Shown here: positions 11,485 through 24,975 of the stretch, piece by piece
How the letters are laid out: each line of letters begins with the position of its first letter
Numbering within the stretch: position 1 is the first letter of the stretch
NCBI GenBank assembly: GCA_965153285.1
Contig: OZ229120.1
Source: Podarcis tiliguerta
Taxonomy: Eukaryota
Direction: 5' to 3' (one strand)
Length of the DNA stretch: 64,000 nt
The notes under the pieces: model-generated
Told to the model about the DNA's origin: nothing
Databases searched by the model: none
The model's input: only the letters and a program-made list of their open reading frames with translations
Position numbers and translations under genes: made by a program

Positions 11485-11910
11485 TTTACTCCCAAAGCCT
11501 TTCTCATGAATGAGTATAGCTGCAAGGCAGCAGAGTTCTAGGATCAGTTTACCATCTCCTAGATGAGCTACCTTCCCAGGTTGATGAGTCCCACCTACCC
11601 ATCATTTTCCTCTATGGCCTGTACGGTAACCACCTTCTTGACTGTTGGGCCCACTATTGCTGTCATCCGCTCAATACTGCCTGTCTTCACATGCAGAGGA
11701 AGACCCTAACGCACTGAGGGTTTGAGACCCATCAGCTACCATTGGGGTGTATGAGGTGTTAGGGGAGGGGTCGAACCTCTGGTAAGGGTCATGTGGTTCT
11801 GGGGTCCTTTGTCCACCATCCTGCACTCAGCTTTCACCTGTGGCTCCTAGAAGCTGTCAGCATGCCACACCCTGGGAAATGGCTTCAACTGTCCAGCTAA
11901 GCCAGGTAAA
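11485..11910. mobile_element. Probable degraded RTE-type LINE fragments
   Basis: Composition shift after the 3' UTR and resemblance, from memory, to squamate RTE non-coding ends. No ORF or TSD support. Confidence 0.3.
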
Positions 11911-12053
11911 ATAGAAAAGTAACTGAGTTCCATTACTTTCATTAGGTCTACTCTTGAGTATGACTTGGAGAAATAACTTGCAATCTTAGAAGAGGCAAAC
12001 TGCCTTCTAACTACTTCCTTTTTCTTGGGGAAACTAGCTGTAACCTCAGTATA

Positions 12054-12276
12054 CAGTGGTACCTCAGGTTACAGACGCTTCAGGTTACAGACTTCGCTAA
12101 CCCAGAAATAGTACCTCGGGTTAAGAACTTTGCTTCAGGATGAGAACAGAAATCGTGCAGCAGCGGCACGGCAGCAGCGGGAGGCCCCATTAGCTAAAGT
12201 GGTGCTTCAGGTTAACAGTTTCAGGTTAAGAACGGACCTCCGGAACGGATTAAGTTCTTAACCCGAGGTACCACTG
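12054..12276. mobile_element. Tigger/pogo-like MITE, GGTTA-repeat family
   Basis: TIR CAGTGGTACCTC(A/G)GGTTA with TA TSD. Same family as 42337-42578, in opposite orientation. Confidence 0.9.
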
Positions 12277-13364
12277 TAAAAGGTTAGATATGTTGCATAA
12301 AATGATTCCTGATTGATCTAATCAGAGGCTATGTTCTTAAGCTATCATACCTTTTTTGTTTGCCTTTTGCATGCTTTATGTGTGTTCTGTTAAGTTATCT
12401 TCCATTTGGCTAGATGTGTCATTGATGTAGACACCCTTTCAGCAACTTCGAAGTTAGGTACCACAAGTTACTGGAAGATAACGTTTTGATGTTGATGCTC
12501 AGAATCTTAAGGGTTGTTTTTTTTTAGAGCAAAGCTTGCTTTAGTTGTTTGAGAGATGCATTTCACTTCATATAGCCGAACACGATAACCTTTTTTCTCT
12601 GAAGTTTAAACAACAAAGTTGAAAGCATAGTGCAAGGATGCCAGATGGCCCTGCTAACATCAATCCTAGTGTTGGGGGGAAAATGGTCTGCATGTCATGA
12701 AGGGAGAAGAAGCAAGTTATTCACACTTCTTCCCCCTATTTTAGGTGTTCCTGTAAAATCAGGCATAGGGAACCTGTGGCCAAATTAGCCCAGCAGGGAT
12801 GCTAATTGGGCCTATGAGGTAATTCTTCCCTAGCCAAGCCTACCTGTCCCCCATTAAATGCCATATGATGCCCAGTGTGGAGCAGATAAAACCCTACAAA
12901 GACCGTGTAGGGCACTCCCAATTGTTCCTCTGCAAGCAAGGCATCTTTAAATTTGGAGCCAAAGTCCTAATGAAATGAGTGGAGCTGATCCCTGCCACTG
13001 GAGTCAAGTCTCTTGGCAAGTTGGAGTGGAAAGATGGCAAGCAGAGAAGTAGTTAAGCATCCTTTTCCTTCCCACTTTTTCTAATCAGAGCATTTGAAAG
13101 CTGCTTTGCAGGGGAAAAGATGCCAGAACACCTAATATTCACATTATAATGGTAAGAGAGGCACTGTACATTCTTCCGTGCTTTTCAAACACTCCCATCA
13201 CCCTCTGCCAGGTTGGCCAATGACTAGAGATAATAGGAATTGTGGTCCATAGGGCCACAGCAGCTCTACTTTGAAGCAAGCTCTTAAAAAGTATACACAG
13301 TTGCGAGAGTCCACTCTGTTCTCTGCACTTCTTGTTCCTGCAGTCAGACTCCGACAAATATTTA

Positions 13365-13608
13365 CAGTGGTGCCTCGCAAGACAAAATTAATTCGTTCTG
13401 CAAGTTTTTTCATCTTGTGAATTTTTTCGTCTTGTGAAGCACCACTGTGTATTGACGGTTTCCCATAGGAATGCATTGGCGGTTTTAAAAAAAGGCGCAA
13501 GATGTTTCGTCTTGCGAAGCAAGCCCATAGGGAACTCAGAAAACGAAAAACTCTTTCGTCTTGCAAGTTTTTCGTCTTCCGAGGCATTCATCTTGCGAGG
13601 TACCACTG
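13365..13608. mobile_element. Tigger/pogo-like MITE, CGTCTTGCGA-repeat family, short form
   Basis: TIR CAGTGGT(G/A)CCTCGCAAGA with TA TSD. Both arms are shared with 28216-28765. Confidence 0.9.
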
Positions 13609-13702
13609 TATTTAAAAGGAGGATAGATAAGACACTTGTTGCTTGACTTCATTCTGGGCTCCTGGTATTCAAATGATGCGCTAACATTTACAGAAGACAA
13701 AT

Positions 13703-13830
13703 GGGGTGCATAGCTCAGTTGGCAGAGCATAAGACTCTTAACCTCAGGGTTGTGGGTTTGAGCACCATGTTGGGCCAAAAATTCATGCATTGCAGGGGGT
13801 TGGACTAGATGACCCTCGTGTTCTCTTCAA
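13703..13830 (+). mobile_element. tRNA-Lys-derived SINE with CR1 tail (Squam2-like)
   Basis: Head TAGCTCAGTTGGCAGAGCATAAGACTCTTAACCTCAGGGTTGTGGGTTTGAGCACCATGTTGGGC follows tRNA-Lys(CTT) with CpG decay, then GCAGGGGGTTGGACTAGATGACC (CR1 3' end). Confidence 0.85.
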
Positions 13831-14999
13831 AACATTGCAGTGAAGAGTGTTCCTCTTCCCCAGTACTTTTTTTCTAGAGAAAGAGGTGCCAGAGCGCACC
13901 TCTTTGGGCTGGGTGTGTGTCTCCTTGCGAGCCAGAGGCTTGTTGAGGCTGCTTCGCTGAGACACAGAGAGGTTTCCAGAGTAGGATGGGGGCTTTCTCA
14001 GCTGAAGTGTGGCTTTCCCAGTGTCAGTTGTTAGCTGGCAGGCTGCAGAATCTCAGCAAAGGCCTGCTGCACCTCTGGTTCACGAGGAGACCTTCTCAAG
14101 ATGTCCCCATTGGGCTCCGGGGAGGGTCTCCTCATGAGCCAGAGGCCCAGCGGGCCTTTGCTGAGGCTGGCCATGTCTCTCCCCACACTTCCAGGGCCGA
14201 GCTGAGTGCTGTCGGAATGCCTTTCCAGAAAGTTCCAGCTGGAGGGGGAAAAAGCTCTTCCCTCTATTCAATTTCCCACCTCAAAATCAAGTCTCCAACC
14301 ACTGAGCACGCTCAGTCCTCATTGCTCTGTTTGGAGGGTCCTCCCCTTAGGATTTTTCTTTTTTCTATACATTTTTGGTACTTCTGCAAGCCTTCCACAA
14401 GCTGACCGCTGCAAATGCTGTGAAAATTGCTCCCACTTTCTTTTTCTTTTTTCTATTCCCCAGCATTCAATGGGAAAGAAAATGAAAATTAAAAAATTAG
14501 GACATTTCTGCAAATTTCTAATGGATGGGGTGAAGGGTTTTTGATGCACTTGCCTTCCTTTCAAAGTTGCGAGGGGAGAGTGCCCGTTATTTCATTCTAC
14601 AAATCACTTCTTCAGTTGTGTACGCTCAATACTTTCTTGGGAGCCTGCATTTCTTGAAAACATGACATCTACCACTCACTATTTTGTAAGTACTGGAAAG
14701 TGGAGAGGCTGCCTATTGTGTGCCTGACAGCTGCTCATAAAAAAGTGAAGTATTTTCACTTTTTAAAGAAATCAGTCCTGAATTATTATTATCTAAATAA
14801 AAAACAGAAAAGAAAAAGAAGGTCTTCACTTGAAAAGAAAATCAGTGAGTGCACTGAGCCCATGTGCTTGATAGCCATTCTTCCATGTTTCCCACGTGTC
14901 AGTTTCCCAGTTAAAGTTCAGGGGAAGAAATCATGAGGTAACTTTTTTCCCCAGGTCAGCTTGAGGGTGTTGGTTCCAGGCATGGGAGAATATTTTACT

Positions 15000-15350
15000 C
15001 GTTTCATAAAATTTATATGTCTCTTAACTGTAAAAACAAACCAGAGAAAATCGGAGAAAACTCTAAAATCATCAGTAAAACAGTTAAAGATAGTTTTTTA
15101 GAACATTGATGAAATATTTAAAATCAAAAAGAAGCTAAACATGGATTAGAGCATATGCCAATATTCTACATAGGCTCGCCTAAATAGGAATTATTTTAGT
15201 AGGTGCTGAAGAGAACAGTGAAGGTGTCTGCCTGATGTCAATAGGCAGGGAGTTCCAAAGGAACAATATGCCACCTGTGGCAGTGCCAATTCTGCAGATC
15301 AAAGTCACGAAATGGACATATATGAGGTAAGGCAATTTCACAGGTAAAAG
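15000..15350 (-). mobile_element. Probable L2 LINE 3' fragment
   Basis: GGCAGGGAGTTCCA motif and A-rich tail complement typical of squamate L2 ends. Recognition only. Confidence 0.45.
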
Positions 15351-16524
15351 CACATCTGCTTTTATGGGAAGAAAAGCCTAGATGGTGCTGTTTTGGCTGC
15401 AGAAGAAACCACATTCCTCTCTGAAACAGAAGGAATGATTTACTGCTTTCTTTAACTGTGTTTGGATATTGTTGGATTTTCTTAATGACTAAATGAGGAA
15501 AGCAACCAGTGCAGAAGGGAGAACAATTTGTCTTGTACTAGAATTAGCCGGTGCAGAAGCCAGAGCTCGTTCTACTGTTGTATTTTTTCATTAGGTCAAG
15601 AGTTTCATCAGATAGCGGCTGTCGTCAGCAAAACCTTCCAGACATCATTTCTGTACCAGTCTAGGGAGATAATTGCCACTATAGCAAGTCTGCAGGGACA
15701 TTCGGAAGGTTTTCATCATTGGTTAACAAAAGGAAAATGGTCTCTCTGAGAAAAAAGAGAGGTCAGTGTTTCAAGATCTTCCTTCATCCCCACATTATAT
15801 CAAGGGAAAATCTGTACAAATCCAATTGGGTAGTTTTGCTACAATATCAAAGCTGAACAGGAGGTCACGCGAAGCTTCAAAAATCTATACAGAGGATTGT
15901 TTGCTTTTCTGTCTAGCAAAAACATGCTACAGGCACTATCTATTAGCTGTGGACTAGTAAGCATCGCATCTCAAAAACGTAAGACAGCTTGCTTCTTAAT
16001 GCCATGTACACACCATGAATATGACTTTAAGTATCTCTTTGTTGCATAATCCTGACATTGAACTCCATACTATTTTAAACAGAAAACTCAAAGATCCACC
16101 CTACTCCACTGCCAAAACCTCCTCCCCAACCCAAGTTATTCTAAAAGTGTTTGAAAACTATTATTAATCCACCTCAAATATGCTGGCACACTTTTGCCAA
16201 GATATTAATACCGCTATGAGTTTGTGAATACAAGGACAGTTTGGTGAAGAGGAAGTAGACTCTATGAGAGACCCTTTTGTGCCTGGATCCAGCACAGATT
16301 CAAATGCTGGAATAGCCAGTCCAGACAGGCCATTAAGAAAACCAAGGAAATGGGGCTTTGTGCCAGATAACAAATGGGTAAGACTCCTCCTTCAGCACTT
16401 AGGTATGAGACTAGGCCTGGGTGACGCATCAGAGTTCTCATGACAGAGACTGAATTTTTAGGGCAAAATTAGCTGTTATGTGAGCCAGGAAGGGGAGAAA
16501 AAGTAGCAAGCTGAGCGTAACATA

Positions 16525-16735
16525 TACCTCGGTTTTTGAACGTCTCTGTTGATGAACATTTCGGAACTCGGACACTGGAAGTAAATGCTTCGGTTTTCGA
16601 ACGCTTTTCGGAAGTCGAACACCCCATGCGGCTTCCGTATTGAGTTTTCCATAAGTAAATGCTTCGGTTTTTGAACGTTTCGGAACTCGATCAGTCTTCC
16701 AGAATGGATTGTGTTCAAAAACCGAGGTACCACTG
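16525..16735. mobile_element. Tigger/pogo-like MITE, TTGAACG-repeat family, left TIR damaged
   Basis: TACCTCGGTTTTTGAAC ... GTTCAAAAACCGAGGTACCACTG-TA, with internal direct repeats of AGTAAATGCTTCGGTTTT. Confidence 0.85.
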
Positions 16736-17829
16736 TACTTGATAATCAGATAGTGCTAATATTCTTTATTTGGACATCATTAATTTAACCAATGCACAAC
16801 TGTACTCATTCAACATGCCCATTTTATAATTTTGTTTTTATATGTTATATATTATCTGTTGTTATATTTGTTCTCTCTGTTTTATATACTACAGGAAATT
16901 ACTCTAAAAATTATCTTAGTGTGCGACAAGGTTTATGAAACTCACCAATTACAAAGGGAGATGAATTGGCTTTACTTTTCAAGACACAATGTTTTCATGT
17001 TAGAACTCATTTTTAGTGTGTGCACATGCTACCTATTAATTCCCACCATATCCCCCAAATCCTTTTTAAAACTATGTAGTTGTAGGTCTGCGCTTATTTT
17101 GCATTGTTATACTATTTGAGGAACTTGGTACATATCAACGGTAAATCCAATGTAATGGATTGAGTATTCTGTTAACGTGATGAAATACTTAGCAGGTAGA
17201 TTTCCATTTTTGTGCTTGTATCTGGACTGGTGGGGCTTTTGATGTGATTGCTTAATGAAGCAATTCAGTACCGAAGAAACAGCATATCTTGCACGATATT
17301 ATTAAAGTGGCATACAAAGCTTAATTAAATCTCTTCAAGCATTCATTTTTACGAGTGGGAGAGAACTTTGAATGTAACAATCAAGGTTGCTATAGTGGAT
17401 TAGCACAGATAAATTTAGAAGTTGAACAGCATAGATTTTAGCTTTTCCCCCCACTAGGGGGACCTATTGTTATTATATAGCAGCATCTGAAGAAGAAATG
17501 AAGGGAAAAAGTGGTCTTTTAACTCTGTCAGTGCATTGACACCTTAAAAGGTATAGAGTTTTTCACCCGTTGTAATCTTTGATTTTTTTAGACATCTAAT
17601 TTTTTTAAGTAATCTCAGATTTCTTTATAGCACCACAGACAAAAAGTGAACATTTAAAAATCTACACACGTTTGATCTTTTTTGTGTTCTATAAAATACA
17701 TTCTTCATAAGGAAAGAAACAGGCTTTATGTGAGTTTAACTCATTTCTTTATTTATTTTATTGAAAACGCTAAGATTGCTCCATTCAGCTCATGGACAAC
17801 CAATAAAAGGAAGTGCCTCTTTGCAGCTC

Positions 17830-18148
17830 ATAGTTAAATTATGACACTCATTCCCACAGGAGGCAGTAAAGACCACCAACCTAGATGGCTTTGAGAGAGG
17901 ATTAGACAAATTCATGGAGGACAGGGCTATTGGTGGCTATTAGCCATGATGGCTCTGTCTGCCTTCACAGCTGGAGGCAGCAACATGTCCAAATACCAGT
18001 TTCTAGAGACCACAGGAGGGGAAGGTGATCTTGTGTTCGAATCCTGCTTGTGGGTTTCCTACAGGCATCAGGTTAGCCCCTTTGTGAATAGGATGCTGGA
18101 CTAGATGGGCCATTGGCCTGATCCAGCAGCCTCTTCTTACATTCTTAC
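17830..18148 (+). mobile_element. CR1 LINE 3' end (second subfamily)
   Basis: GGATTAGACAAATTCATGGAGGA ... GGATGCTGGACTAGATGGGCC ... TTCTTA tail. Homologous to 28910-29145 and 45690-46470. Confidence 0.75.
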
Positions 18149-20342
18149 TTCATCCAGCTGTTTACATGTGAAAACTGTGTGTTCGTGTGTATCTTAGTGG
18201 CGTGAGTGGATGGAGGGCAAAAGCCAAGGTAAAGATGGTTTTCCTCCTCAGCAACAGTTAGAGTCTGTGCAAAGGATGTGGTATTCTATCCATGGTATCA
18301 TGAGCAGAACGGAGAAAATATCTAACGGAGAGTTCTGAAAATGCTTCTGTGAGACGGTGCCCAAGAGTACCTCAATTAGGTAAAATTCCAAAATCCATAT
18401 TAGTGCAAAACTTCTATTAGAGCAATCAAAATGTCAGGAAAATAGTGTGCAATCTTTTGCAGGTCTCATGCTTCTGATTGTGTGAGAGGCTGAATCTAGT
18501 TTCCCCTTTCCTTCATGACACTTAACATAAGGTGTAAAATATTCCTCTGGGAGCAGAATGCATGTTTGCATGCATAAAGGATACAATCCATAGCACGCAC
18601 ACACATGCACTTATGTGAAATGCACGTGTGTGCACACTCACAGTTGGTTGAGAGAGGGCTAGGTTCAGGAACAATAGATTTTTTATTTTTTTATTTTCTT
18701 GTTTCTGAGCCCTGAACAGGTCTGGGGAGAGAGGTTTAAGTTGTTGCTGGTAAACCAAGCAGGCTGCTGCTATCTCATTCTTTTCTGGGCGAAAGTCCAA
18801 CTCACACAGCAGTTGCAAAGGAAAAGCAAACGCATCGCTAAATTCATCGAGAAATATTTTAACAGTATATAATCTCTGTCAAGATAAAATTGCTTTGTGA
18901 TTTACATTACAATAAATCCTGACCTTGAAGCGCTGCAGACTAAGCGAAACTGCACTCTCACTGAATCAGTGCATGGGAGTTGAAGTACAATGACTGTATC
19001 AATCCCACTGTTATGGTATTGGAGCGTTTATGGAGGCAGAATGTTGTACCTCAGTTGCAATGTGCACAACTGATGTAATAATTGTGGTAGGTTAATAAAC
19101 AAACTGAAGGGACTCAGTGTCACTAGGAATAGAACTTAATTAATGGATAAAATATCAAAAGCTTGAATTTAAACACACACATATTTTTTTGAAATTTCAG
19201 TGGGAATTAGAAATCCAGATTGATTCAAATGCCCACTGTGGGGTAGAAGTGCCATCACATTTTCCTACTTGTGAGGTAAAGCCTTCTTGTGAAAGCACCG
19301 CCAAGTGGTACTCTTACAAATTACAACATCCTGGGGAAAAACCATACGCTTTAAAGCAGAGGAAAGCAGACAGCAGGTTAGGATCTACTGGTTAATCTTT
19401 GGGTAATTTGTACCAGATTGCTGCGGTTTTGTCCCCCAGTTATTTAAAAATAGCAATGGCCAAATGGCACTACCAACACATTAGACAGTTGAAATGAAGA
19501 CAGCTTGGAATAACCAGAAACTGATTTTTGAGAAAGTGAGTCCTTTTGTGGAAGAAATGTGAGCTTACTTAAGTTCTGGTACTTAAAACAAGTCCCTGCT
19601 CAGAGAACCCCTGATCTTTAATTTTGCACCTGGCTCCAGTTGGTAGAACTGGGGGTTCTAGTAAAACACAAAGTAGATCCTATAAGTGTGAAGTCTTCCC
19701 TGCTTCAGTGTGCTTTTAGTGAATCTGAGATCATCACAGGGAAACACTTAAACAAGACTAGTTTTTACCTAGGAGCACTGAGGATGCAATATCACTGTGT
19801 GGTGACTTGACTCCAAAGAATTAGCAATGGACCTAATCCTCTTAAATGGGCCACTCATAGTGCTCCTTTCTAAGGTCCCTTATTGGTTTATTTTATTTAT
19901 ACATAGCTTCCAGATTACCTGTTTATTGAGCATCCATCCCGATTTAGTTGCAGGAAGGTTAGATGACATTGCATCAAAGCAAAGTGTTATCTCATACCTT
20001 CCAGTGCATTTCATCAACACTTTCCATATTGCACAAAGTCTGATCCTTTTGGGAAGTAGGTTTGCTGCAGAAGACCTTCCAATCAACTACAACTGAGCAA
20101 TTTGAATTTGATAGTACTTGACTGAATTCCACTTGAAAATAGGGACAAGCTTGAAGGCTCCTTGGTATAGTTTTTGTGGGAGGAAAATTATATGAATCCT
20201 TATGACTCACATGTGTAAATAATAAAAGAATGGGCTGTATGCCTGGATTCAAAATGTGGCCCTTTGCATACACTCTCGTGGGAGAGAGCCCCCAGCAGAG
20301 TAATAAACAGTCTCAGAATTAAGCAGCAGTATAGTGTGGAAT

Positions 20343-20697
20343 GGGGATGCGGGTGGTGCTTTGGGTTAAACCACAGAGCCTAGGACTTGCCAATCAGAAG
20401 GTCGGTGGTTCGAATCCCCGCGACGGGGTGAGCTCCCGTTGTTCGGTCCCAGCTCCTGCCAACCTAGCAGTTCGAAAGCACATCAAAGTGCAAGTAGATA
20501 AATAGGAACCACTCCGGCGGGAAGGTAAACAACGTTTCTGTGTGCTGCTCTGGTTCGCCAGAAGTGGCTTAGTCATGCTGGCCACATGACCCGGAAGCTG
20601 TATGCCAGCTCCCTCGGCCAATAAAGCGAGATGAGCGCCGCAACCCCAGAGTCGGCCATGACTGGACCTAATGGTCAGGGGTCCCTTTACCTTTACC
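20343..20697 (+). mobile_element. Sauria SINE, full length
   Basis: Pol III A and B boxes (GGTTCGAATCC), ACCTTT tail, perfect 13-bp TSD TATAGTGTGGAAT. Confidence 0.95.
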
Positions 20698-20943
20698 TAT
20701 AGTGTGGAATATAGGTTGTTAAACCCTTTGCATACCCCATTTAGTCTGCTTTAAAGTTCTTGACCCCCCCTCTACCCCTATACTTACTAAATCCAAAGGT
20801 ATGATCCATACATTGTTCCATGCAGCAGCAAGCTGAACACAGGTAGATTACTACTGAGTGCAAAATGCACAATATAGTTTCAAAGATGTGGTCTGAGCTA
20901 GGAGCAAGTTCTGACACATCTGTCCTGATTGGTTACATGGCTG

Positions 20944-21228
20944 GAAGAAGAAGAAGAAGAAGAAGAAGAAGAAGAAGAAGAAGAAGAAGAAGAGGAGGAG
21001 TTTGGATTTGATATCTACTACCCGAAGGAGTCTCAAAGTTGCTAACAATCTCCTTTCCCTTCCTCCCCCACAGTAAACACTCTGTGAGGTGAGTGGGGCT
21101 GAGAGACTTCAAATAAGTGTGACTGGCCCAAGGTCACCCAGCAGCTGCATGTGGAGGAGTGGAGACACGAACCTGGTTCACCAGATTATGAGTCTACCAC
21201 TCTTAACCACAACACCACACTGGCTCTC
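20944..21228 (-). mobile_element. tRNA-derived SINE (Squam3-like) with expanded (TTC)n tail
   Basis: Reverse complement of the copy at 52296-52545. (GAA)n run at 20944-20993; CTGGAAGA on both flanks. Confidence 0.88.
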
Positions 21229-21803
21229 ACTGGAAGAGAGTGAGGAAAGGAAATAGAAGAAACTTCACTTCCTCCCCACAGAGGAGAGGGGGGCATGACC
21301 TAGGATATAGAACTCTCTGGTCTTAACCCCTTTCTGCTGCAACTAGCACACATACATAGTTATGTTTGACTGCAATCTCTCACAATTTTGTGTTATTACA
21401 CCTGATAATTTATCCACACCTTTTTCTGACCTCAAGCTTATCTCAGAGATCCCCAGTGAACACTCCTGCCTGGGAACTGCCAACAACCAAAGAGTTGGTC
21501 ACACCTACTCAGGTCCAGCAGCTCAGCCTCAGATGCCTCAGAGATCCTTAGTTGATCTGCTGCTTGGCAGGGTAGTTAACTGGTGAAGACTCAAAATCAG
21601 GGCAAAGAATGCTGCCTTAATAAACCCGGCACTGTGTTGCTACAGATTATATTTGGAGACCTTTCTGAATGTATTGTGCACATCTATTGAAAACTGTTTT
21701 GAGAGCCTCTTCAGACAATGGAGTGTAAGTATTCTAAATAAGGGGTTTCCAATGCTCCATGAGTTTCATTTCGTGCTCCATAGCATGTCTGTAAAGCAGA
21801 ATT

Positions 21804-21935
21804 CTCGAAGCTACAAACATGAATCTGACCAAACTGCGGGTGGCAGTGGAAGACAGGAGTGCCTGGCGTGCTCTGGTCCATGGGGTCACGAAGAGTCGGA
21901 CACGACTGAACGACTAAACAACAACAACAACAACA
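21804..21935 (+). mobile_element. BovB 3' fragment
   Basis: Matches the last 130 nt of the BovB copy at 32204; (CAA)n tail; 11-bp TSD AAAGCAGAATT. Confidence 0.9.
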
Positions 21936-24133
21936 AAAGCAGAATTAAAAAATGTGTATATAACACAGCACATAACAATTGCTAAAACAGGCAGAAAATT
22001 GTTAAATGGTTCACCAAGACCCTCAACATTCTTCAAGTAGTTCATGCGGGGAAAAGTTTGGGAACCACTATTATAAATAATAAACAAATTATAATCACCT
22101 AGAGATCAACTCACAGATCCAGATCTGCTTCCCATCCACCTATATATTTCTCAACGCAGAGATTTCTGGACACAACAGCCTGCTTTAGTGGTGTTGAGGA
22201 ATAACATACAATATCTGCTTTGAACTTTTAGTTCCCATATTTATATATGCACGCAAAGGCACTCCTATGATTGCAATATATTTAAGGCTATTCAGACTCC
22301 CCCAGACTAGCTGAACAGTCTAGACTCTATCATTTTGCATAGAGGGTATCTCATGTTGTGGAACTGACTGCTTGTAGGTGCTTTGAGTGATACTATTAAC
22401 CACATTACTTCAAATTGTACTGGCAGGGTGGGTGGGGGCGACTGCAACTATTTTTAACTAGCATAAACCGGTCCACCTTGTTATATTTCTTCAAAGGTCT
22501 GTTACACTTAAGTTTCATTCTTGATCTCAGACATATGTATGCATGTACATACGTATGTATATATGCGGTGTTTTGAGGAGGTTCACAGTTACATTATTTG
22601 CCATTTTTTGTGAGCTCTTTTTGGATTATAATGCAGCTCCACTTATACTGTACATGCTTACTGTGGACATATGCTCACACTAGACAAAATCTGGTAATCG
22701 TTTGTCACAGATGGCAATGAGTAATGCTTTTGCTTATTTCACCCACGAAAATCACCCATATAGCACTCATGCAAAACAAGTTCCCAGCGATTCATCTGGT
22801 ACAAACAAGAAATGCATTGTGGTGGTATCTTTGTTTCTGTAGCCACTATTATTAGTAGCAATGCTCAAAAGCCAACAACCATCGTAATCAAGGAGGATAC
22901 AATTACCTACCTTCTCTTCTGGATTCTGTAGCTGGCAGAGAACCAAATAATGCATCTAGCTTTCCTGAGAAATTGTGCCGTCATTTCAATATGTGGTCTC
23001 AGATTCCAGCTTCATTGAAATGAATGGAAGCAGAGGTGCGTTGCTCAGACACGCCTTGGCCAGGGAAAGAATCTTTTTCTTCTCCTGTGCTTGGTGGGAC
23101 AGGGTGAGCAACTTGTCTGTATGATGAGCAGCAGCATAATTGCTCCTCAGAGCTCACAGATATGAATCAACTGCCTATTTAGGGCACACTTTTTAATGGA
23201 TTGTATTCAGTGGCATCATCCTGCCCGTGCAAAGCCCATACTGTTAGTGCAACCAGCAAATCCAATGGCTGGATTCAACTTTTGTAAGATGTTGTGCAGC
23301 CACTAAGGTGCATAGTGGAATTTATTGCAGTTTTATCCCACTTCTTTCTCCAAGGAGCTCCACGTGGCAGATCCTAGGGCTTGTGCCAGCACAAATGAAC
23401 AGAAACAATGGGTGCAACTAGGCAAACTCTTCACCGTTTGGGAGTAATGTTAGGATGGATATCACCCAATGCTTTGCTCTTCTTTATCACTTTCCTCTGG
23501 GTGCTTGTATTTACTTTTCCTGTAAAACAAACAAATATCATCATGCCCTTTTGCCGACAAACATTTGCTTTACTTGAGAGGCAAATTGTACCGAAGCCGC
23601 AAAATCTCCAAATGGCTGGATTTCTCACAGAGTTCCACTTTGAAGGAGGTGGTGACCCCCTTGGGATGATGAGCCAAGTCAGGGGTGAAGCCAGTTTGTT
23701 AAGCAGGATGCCATCTTTTGTGACTACTCCTGCCTACTTCATCCTGATGGCAGCTGCCTTATAGACAGCAGCTGTGGATTCTTAACCTGAACTTCCCTAA
23801 CAAACAGAAAGAGTGTTTAGGAAATAAAACGATGGGAGCTGAACTGAGACAGAATGGCCTGTGGGCTCCGTTTCCTTAGATGAGAGGTTAAATAAAGCCT
23901 TGTCATTTCCCCAAGCTGTCTATGTGAGAGCAAACACAGTGGCTGTTTCCACATGTTTTGGAATACTAGAGCTGAATGAGGTGAAGGTCTGGAGCTCAAT
24001 GGTAGAAGAACTGCATCCAGAATGTCCTAGGTCCAGCAACCTCAGGTAGGGCTGGGAGTGTCTGAAAGCCCAGAAAGTCATTGCAGGCAACACTGCACTA
24101 GATGAACTGACTCAGTACAAAGTAGCTTCCTAT

Positions 24134-24975
24134 ATTGTTGCTATTATTTTTAAAAGTTTTTATATATACTTTTCAAATTTATACATTTCAATAATTTTAT
24201 AGTCATTTTAACATTTCAAAGTTTGACCTCATTCCCTCTCTTTCTGCGGTTCCTTAAATTAATTTTTAAAATATCTTCTGCATATCCAAATTTATTTAAT
24301 TTGCTCATTTCATTATCTACTTTAAATATATACCCTTATGAAGCTGAAGGTTATTACAATAATGCTGCCAATGTTTTTACCTGTTTGCAACTTATCTGTA
24401 AATATTTAATAAACCATTTCCATTCTTTTATAAAAAGTTTGTTACCTTGGTTTCTTATTCTTCTGGTGAGTTTCACCATTTCTGCATATTCCATAAGTTT
24501 TTGTATCCATTCTTCCTTTGCTGGAACTTCTGCTTCTTCTTTTTTGGGTGAGTAGCATGGTTGCTGCTGTAGTAGCATACATTAATAAATTTCTATACAG
24601 TTTAGGTAGTTCTGTCCCTATAATTCCCCAAAGAAAAGCTTCTGGTTGTTTGTTTTTACAAAGGTTATTTTGAACATCCTTTCCCATTCATTATATATCA
24701 TTTCCCAGTAATCTTTAACCTTACTACAAGACCACCACATATGATAAAAAGAACCTTCTTTCTCTTTACAGTTGTTTTATTTAGATTTATACATTTTTGC
24801 CAGTTTACTCGGTGGTAGATACCAATGATATATCATTTTCATATAATTTTCTCTTAAACCATAACATGCTGTAAATTTTATATCCATATTCCACAAAGGT
24901 TCCCATGCTTCCATGTCTATATTATGACCGATATCTATTGCCCAGTATATCATTGAGGATTTTACTTGCTCATCT
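24134..24975 (-). mobile_element. L1-clade LINE, 5'-truncated ORF2 C-terminus and 3' UTR
   Basis: Frameshifted ORFs give CKEKEGSFYHMWWSC (Cys/His knuckle), PEAFLWGII and EWIQKLMEYAEM. TTCCTAT on both flanks. Confidence 0.85.

Noticed and set aside
13703-13775. tRNA-Lys(CTT) gene
   Set aside because: Acceptor and T stems are mutated and it is fused to a CR1 tail, so it is a SINE head.
13860-14560. GC-richer segment with several ORFs
   Set aside because: No splice or protein evidence; probably an unclassified repeat whose ends I could not define.
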